In this document: positions 47,364 to 52,213 of the stretch, one piece after another
How positions within the stretch are numbered: position 1 is the first letter of the stretch
Layout of the letters: each line of letters starts with the position of its first letter
Source of the DNA: Bacteroidota bacterium
GTDB lineage: Bacteria; Bacteroidota; Bacteroidia; Bacteroidales; FEN-979
DNA length: 52,213 nt
Reading direction: 5' to 3'
Assembly: GCA_037139855.1 (NCBI GenBank)
Contig: JBAXFM010000002.1
Coordinates: 1-52,213 of the forward strand
The notes under the pieces: model-generated
Seen by the model: the letters and a program-made list of their open reading frames with translations, nothing else
What the model was told of the DNA's origin: nothing
Databases searched by the model: none
Program-made: the position numbers and the translations under genes

Positions 47364-48650
47364 TCAATTGATTACAGCTTTGTTATAAACTTCTAATATA
47401 TTTAGGGCGGCATTTTCCCAGATCAGGTTATCAACCTCATTTTTTCCATAGCGGATAAACATTTTGCTTAATCCCTCATAATGAAGAATCCCGTAAATGG
47501 CATCAGCCAATGCATCGATATCCCAGAAATCAACCTTTAGCGCATGTTGCAATACTTCGGCCACGCCCGATTGTTTGGAAATAACAACCGGTACATTGGA
47601 GCGCATGGCTTCAAGCGGTGAAATTCCAAAAGGTTCCGAAACCGAGGGCATCACATACACATCGCTCATGGCAAACATGGTATCCACTTCAGGCCCGGCT
47701 AAAAACCCGGTGAAATGAAATTTGGTAGCGATTTTCAATTGTGCCACCCTGCGGATCATGCGGTTGAGCAAATCGCCCGAGCCAGCCATGACAAACCGCA
47801 CATTGGAATCCCTTTTCAGGATTTTATGAGCGGCTTCCACAAAATAATCCGGCCCTTTCTGATAGGTTACACGGCCCAGAAAGGTAACCACCTTTTCTTT
47901 AACGTGTTTGGTCACCCCATCCATTTCAGGACGGTCGACAGGTTCTACAGCATTGTGAACGGTAATCACCTTTTCGGCAGGGATGCCATATTTTTCAATG
48001 ACAATCTGGCGGGTAAGGTTACTGACTGTTATAACCAGGTCGGCTTCTGTCATCCCCTGGCGTTCGATATCATATACAGGCTGATTGACATTCTCGCCCG
48101 AGCGGTCGAACTCAGTAGCATGAACATGCACCACGAGGGGTTTTCCCGATATTTTCTTGGCTGCAATACCGGCAGGATAAGTAAGCCAGTCGTGCGCATG
48201 GATCACATCAAACGTGTTGTTTTCAGCGATAGACGAGGCAACCAGCGCATATCTCGATACCTCCTGCATGAGATTCGGCCCATATTTTCCGGAGAATGAA
48301 TACTGCTTTGAAAACACAGAGTGAGTTTCGGTTGTACCAGTCAGCTTTTCCTGGGTCACCATCAGTTCAAACTCTTCAGGATCAAGGTAAGGAACCAGGT
48401 TTGAGCCGATTTCCATGAACTGGATCTTTTCGAGATACTCCTGTGTGTTGACCTTACTGAAATCGAGGGTGACGTCACTGGCATTGACCAGCCGGAAACC
48501 ATCTTTGGTTTCATCGCCAAAGGCTTTGGGTACCACAAAGATAACCTCCACGCCATGTTTTACCAGTCCTTTGGTTAACCCGAAACAAGCCGTTCCCAAG
48601 CCACCAGTTATATGCGGGGGGAATTCCCACCCAAACATTAATACACGCAT
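47364..48650 (-). CDS. GT-B fold glycosyltransferase (GT4/GT5, glycogen-synthase-like)
   Basis: 428 aa. The N-terminus MRVLMFGWEFPPHITGGLGTAC is typical of this family, and there is a C-terminal E..G....EAM motif (SEPFGISPLEAM). It sits between the debranching-enzyme and GH57 genes, as in other Bacteroidota. Confidence 0.8.
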   Translation of the reverse strand: MRVLMFGWEFPPHITGGLGTACFGLTKGLVKHGVEVIFVVPKAFGDETKDGFRLVNASDVTLDFSKVNTQEYLEKIQFMEIGSNLVPYLDPEEFELMVTQEKLTGTTETHSVFSKQYSFSGKYGPNLMQEVSRYALVASSIAENNTFDVIHAHDWLTYPAGIAAKKISGKPLVVHVHATEFDRSGENVNQPVYDIERQGMTEADLVITVSNLTRQIVIEKYGIPAEKVITVHNAVEPVDRPEMDGVTKHVKEKVVTFLGRVTYQKGPDYFVEAAHKILKRDSNVRFVMAGSGDLLNRMIRRVAQLKIATKFHFTGFLAGPEVDTMFAMSDVYVMPSVSEPFGISPLEAMRSNVPVVISKQSGVAEVLQHALKVDFWDIDALADAIYGILHYEGLSKMFIRYGKNEVDNLIWENAALNILEVYNKAVIN

Positions 48651-48653
48651 TTT

Positions 48654-48688
48654 AATTTACAATTTACGATTTACGATTTACGATTCAG
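48654..48688 (-). repeat. Heptamer tandem repeat (GTAAATY x4 plus one degenerate unit) immediately upstream of the GT4 start codon
   Basis: The minus strand reads ctgaatc gtaaatc gtaaatc gtaaatt gtaaatt aaa ATG. It lies in the 52-nt gap between the debranching-enzyme stop (48703) and the GT4 ATG (48650). Confidence 0.85.
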
Positions 48689-48702
48689 TCCAAAATCAAG
48701 GA

Positions 48703-50646
48703 CTAACTGTATTTTTTTATCAGAGAACTGATTCTAAGCAATTCGGCAACGGATGATGCCTGAGAAATGGCCCCTCGTCCAAGATGGGGTGGGTCGCCGT
48801 CATAAAGTTCAGAAATGGTACCAATCCCATGCTCCGTCATAACGGGTTCAAACCCCTCATACAGTGATTTGATCAGAGAGAGACCGCTTTTCCCGTGAAT
48901 TTTAAGATACCCTTCCACGAAATGTCCGAGCAACCATGGTGAGACAGATCCCTGATGGTACGCTGCTTCACGTTCCGACTGATTGCCGTAATAGGATCCC
49001 TTGTAGATCGGGCTTTTGGGCGAAAGAGTCCGAAGACCCCGCGGAGTCAACAACTCCTGCCTGACCCTGCTCAATACTTCTTTTCTGATCTCTTCAGGAA
49101 TTGGGCTGTAAGGTAAGGAAGTTGCCAAAACCATGTTTGGTCTTACCGCCCAGTCCTTGTATGCTCCATCAACATAATCGGCCAGATAATGTTTTTCGGG
49201 ACTCCAGAATGTTGCCAGATAAGAAACGGGTATCAGTTCGGCGATTTCCTGCCATGCTTCACAAAAGGCCGTATCGCCGGATGCTGAAGCTATTTCCATG
49301 CTGAAACAGATTGCATTGTACCACAATGCGTTTATTTCAACTGTCTTTCCCATGCGGGGGGTCACTGGCTTTCCATTGGCAACAGCATCCATCCAGGTAA
49401 GCGCAACGCCATGCAATCCGGCATAAATCAATCCATCGGGTTCCATGTGGATGTTAAATTCAGTCCCCTCGCGATAACCTTCCAGAATTGTTTTCATCCG
49501 TCGGCCATACTCTTTCCAAATCGCCTTTGGGTCATTCATTACCGCCGCATATTGCTGCAATGCCCAGAAAAACCACAGAGCGGTATCCGCAGAGTTGTAA
49601 ACAGCGTTGCTGCCGCTTCCAAACAGCGGGAACAGCGGCCCCTTCATTTCCGAAACCATGGTGTCAATCACCGCTTTACAGGTAGCAGTGTCACCATTCA
49701 CCAGGGTAAGGCCGGGCAACGAAACGAAGGTACTCAGTCCCGACCGTCCAAACCAGGGAAACCCTGCAAGTACTTCGGAACCTTTCTCCTTTTTAATGAT
49801 AAACTGCTGGGCTGCATTGGTAAGACAATTGACAAAATTATTCCTTGGAATGCGTTTCTCCAGTTCGGCATTGAAGGTACGCTTCATTGAAGAAGGGGCT
49901 AATTCTTTGGTTCCTGCCGCAAAGAAAACACTCTCCCCTTTTGCAAGATCAAATTCAAAAAATCCCGGAACGTACAGATCCTCCTGAAATTCGTATCCCC
50001 TGTCCATCTCCTCCTGATATTCAATACTTCGGTACCAGTCGGGAACATGGGTATATTCGTTTTCTTTGGAAATTTGCATGAAAAGATCGGTATAACCCTG
50101 GTACATCCTCACTTTGATGCCATCGGGTACTTTCTCATACTTTTTATCGGCAAAAATATTCTCCTTGCTCAACGTATGGATATTTCGAAAAGCAAGAAAC
50201 GGCTTCAGCCGGAGTTTTGTAGGAGAATGTGCATCCACCAGGGTGTATTTGATGATCATGCGGTCCTCGCGGGTGGTAAAAACCATCTCCTTGGTCAGGA
50301 TAACGCCACCAACCCGGTAGGTCATCTTCGGATAAGGTTCGGTGGAAAAATCCCTCAGATATTTATGTCCCTTGGGGTTGTATATTCCCCCGGGATATTT
50401 ATGGATACCCAGGTTGAATTCAGAATCCATCTGGATGACTGTTTCGTCCAACGAAGATAACAACACGTGATTTTCGTAATCAATACCGGGTTGCGGGGTT
50501 ACAAGTAGACCATGATATCGTCGGGTATTGCAATTAATAATGGTAGAATTTGCATAAGACCCGGCTCTGTTCGACCGCAAAAGTTCACGGTTCAGAGAGT
50601 ACTCAAGGTTTACCAGCTGGCTTTTGTCAAAATTGATATAACTCAT
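48703..50646 (-). CDS. Amylo-alpha-1,6-glucosidase / glycogen debranching enzyme family protein
   Basis: About 647 aa from the ATG at 50644-50646 (MSYINFDKSQL...NTRRYHGLL, the GDE N-terminal domain pattern), with a C-terminal (alpha/alpha)6-like region. The track start at 50712 lies upstream of a TACCTTTG promoter box. Confidence 0.8.
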   Translation of the reverse strand: MSYINFDKSQLVNLEYSLNRELLRSNRAGSYANSTIINCNTRRYHGLLVTPQPGIDYENHVLLSSLDETVIQMDSEFNLGIHKYPGGIYNPKGHKYLRDFSTEPYPKMTYRVGGVILTKEMVFTTREDRMIIKYTLVDAHSPTKLRLKPFLAFRNIHTLSKENIFADKKYEKVPDGIKVRMYQGYTDLFMQISKENEYTHVPDWYRSIEYQEEMDRGYEFQEDLYVPGFFEFDLAKGESVFFAAGTKELAPSSMKRTFNAELEKRIPRNNFVNCLTNAAQQFIIKKEKGSEVLAGFPWFGRSGLSTFVSLPGLTLVNGDTATCKAVIDTMVSEMKGPLFPLFGSGSNAVYNSADTALWFFWALQQYAAVMNDPKAIWKEYGRRMKTILEGYREGTEFNIHMEPDGLIYAGLHGVALTWMDAVANGKPVTPRMGKTVEINALWYNAICFSMEIASASGDTAFCEAWQEIAELIPVSYLATFWSPEKHYLADYVDGAYKDWAVRPNMVLATSLPYSPIPEEIRKEVLSRVRQELLTPRGLRTLSPKSPIYKGSYYGNQSEREAAYHQGSVSPWLLGHFVEGYLKIHGKSGLSLIKSLYEGFEPVMTEHGIGTISELYDGDPPHLGRGAISQASSVAELLRISSLIKKYS

Positions 50647-50701
50647 TTCGCTTGGTTTTCCTGACAATTTTCCAAATATAGATTTAAAAAAATTGAGGCT
50701 G

Positions 50702-50709
50702 CAAAGGTA
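50702..50709 (-). promoter_or_regulatory. -7 box TACCTTTG, candidate promoter of the glycogen operon
   Basis: Plus-strand caaaggta, 55 nt upstream of the ATG at 50646. It is the only such box in the divergent region on this strand. Confidence 0.4.
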
Positions 50710-50758
50710 CAATTTTCTCGGCTTTTATCGTTAATCTCATGAAAAGTTAATAATTGTT

Positions 50759-50766
50759 TAATTTTG
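50759..50766 (+). promoter_or_regulatory. -7 box TAATTTTG upstream of the beta-helix lipoprotein gene
   Basis: Exact TAnnTTTG match 21 nt upstream of the ATG at 50788. Confidence 0.4.
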
Positions 50767-50787
50767 CCCCCCTAAATTACTGTGATC

Positions 50788-52197
50788 ATGCGATTTTCAA
50801 AGCTGTTGTTTTTTTGCTTCCTGTCAGGGTTGATAGCTCTCCTTTTTTTCTCCTGCCGGAAAAAGGATAACATTGATACCAGTCCGGGACTGCAGCTTGC
50901 ATTTTCGACTGACACAGTGTTTTTTGATACCGTTTTCCCAACAGTGGGTTCCATTACCCAGCGGTTGCTGGTTTATAACCGGAATAAAAACAAAGTCAGC
51001 ATTTCAAGCATTCGTTTGTCGGGCGGGCAGGCTTCCAGTTACCGCATCAACGTGAACGGCACTCCGGTAACCAGTGCCTCAGATGTTGAAATTGCCGCGG
51101 ACGACAGCCTGTATATTTTTGTCAAAGTAACCATTGATCCGCACAATCAAAGTACCCCTTATGTGGTGAGCGATTCACTCCAATTTATCACCAATGGCAG
51201 CTCCCAGCAGGTAAAACTGGTGGCCTGGGGAAGAGAAGCCATTTTTTACAGGAAGGGTGAAATTACCGGCAACATCATCTGGGACAGCCTGAAGGCCCAT
51301 GTTATTTACGAATCACTCAGGGTTGACACCAATTCATCGCTGACCATCATGCCCGGCACCCGGGTATATTTTCACAAGGATGCCTACCTCGCTGTTTCGT
51401 ATTTATCTACCTTGAAAATTGCCGGTACCCTTGACCACCCGGTGCGGATACAGGGTGACCGGATGGATCCTTTTTACAAAGACCTTCCCGGGCAATGGGG
51501 CGGAATATATCTTGAAAAAGGGAGTAAAGACCATGATTTAAACTACTCAATCATAAAAAACGGAAGTTTCGGACTTTCGGTCGATTCGATGGGAAGCGCT
51601 ACCGCTCCCATGCTCAACATCAATAATTCCATTATTCAAAACATGTCGTCGGTCGGAATTTACGCCTATGGCACCTCCATCACGGCGATAAATTGTGTGA
51701 TTGGTGATTGCGGCGGAAACTGTCTGGCTTTAAACTATGGCGGGACTTACGATTTCAGGCAACTTACGGTCGGAAACTATTGGAGTGCCGCTGTTCGCCA
51801 TGCGGCTTCGGTTTACATGAGCAACTACAGTTATGACACCCTTGGCACTAAAATTTTCAACCCCCTCACGAAAGCATATTTTGGAAACGCCATTATTTAC
51901 GGTTCGAATGATGAAGAGATCGAACTTGATTCGGTTCCGGCCATCATGTTTGAATATTCATTTGACCATGCCATCCTGAAAACAAAGGTAAAGACAACAG
52001 ATCCGCTCCGATTCATCAACTGCATGGTGAACAAGGACCCTAAGTTTGTGGAGGTGGCTAAACTGGATTACCGGATCGACAGTATCTCCCCTGCCATCAA
52101 AGCCGGAAGAGACCTATTAATTCCTTTTGATATAAATGGCGTTGACCGGGGAAGTACACCGGCGATGGGGGCGTATGAGTACGTGAAGAAGAACTAA
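50788..52197 (+). CDS. Lipoprotein of unknown function with probable right-handed beta-helix region
   Basis: The ATG at 50788 gives MRFSKLLFFCFLSGLIALLFFSC (lipobox). An N-terminal Ig-like segment (FDTVFPTVGSITQRLLVYNRNKNKVSISSI) is followed by repetitive G/N/I-rich turns (IIKNGSFGLSV, IIQNMSSVGIYA, VIGDCGGNCLAL). Confidence 0.6.
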   Translation: MRFSKLLFFCFLSGLIALLFFSCRKKDNIDTSPGLQLAFSTDTVFFDTVFPTVGSITQRLLVYNRNKNKVSISSIRLSGGQASSYRINVNGTPVTSASDVEIAADDSLYIFVKVTIDPHNQSTPYVVSDSLQFITNGSSQQVKLVAWGREAIFYRKGEITGNIIWDSLKAHVIYESLRVDTNSSLTIMPGTRVYFHKDAYLAVSYLSTLKIAGTLDHPVRIQGDRMDPFYKDLPGQWGGIYLEKGSKDHDLNYSIIKNGSFGLSVDSMGSATAPMLNINNSIIQNMSSVGIYAYGTSITAINCVIGDCGGNCLALNYGGTYDFRQLTVGNYWSAAVRHAASVYMSNYSYDTLGTKIFNPLTKAYFGNAIIYGSNDEEIELDSVPAIMFEYSFDHAILKTKVKTTDPLRFINCMVNKDPKFVEVAKLDYRIDSISPAIKAGRDLLIPFDINGVDRGSTPAMGAYEYVKKN

Positions 52198-52213
52198 GAA
52201 TATTGAATATTGA

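Overview
This 52.2-kb chromosomal segment reads as a Bacteroidota genome. The evidence is type IX secretion (T9SS) C-terminal sorting domains on secreted peptidases, TAnnTTTG -7 promoter boxes with no Shine-Dalgarno signals, and recN-DUF4835-coaBC-rpoZ-bamD and serC-serA-DUF1015 synteny. I can support 41 protein-coding genes, almost all housekeeping. They cover recN (partial), dnaA, coaBC, dapA, serC, serA, lon, bamD, rpoZ, rpmE2, fabG, prmC, yggS and yigZ. There are also three T9SS-targeted metallopeptidases (one M14, two tandem M1 paralogues), an ABC-2 exporter pair, an LTA-synthase-like sulfatase, and a tightly packed glycogen/alpha-glucan locus on the minus strand (41667-50646). I saw no rRNA, tRNA, CRISPR array, transposase, integrase or recognisable defence system, and I do not see a convincing wholly new multi-gene system. 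Five things deserve a second look. (1) A 1416-aa single ORF fuses a GT3 glycogen-synthase module to a GT35 alpha-glucan phosphorylase module. (2) The neighbouring GH57 gene is cut by one in-frame TAA between its two catalytic regions and carries a histone-H1-like Lys/Ala tail. (3) A family of GCAGATTTTCGC-containing intergenic repeats occurs at three loci, twice as inverted pairs; one pair bounds a 0.5-kb non-coding island full of GTA-loop hairpins. (4) A heptamer tandem repeat sits directly upstream of an internal operon start codon. (5) A four-helix-bundle gene is wedged into the conserved serC-serA-DUF1015 block. All functional calls come from motif recognition by eye. No database search was run.
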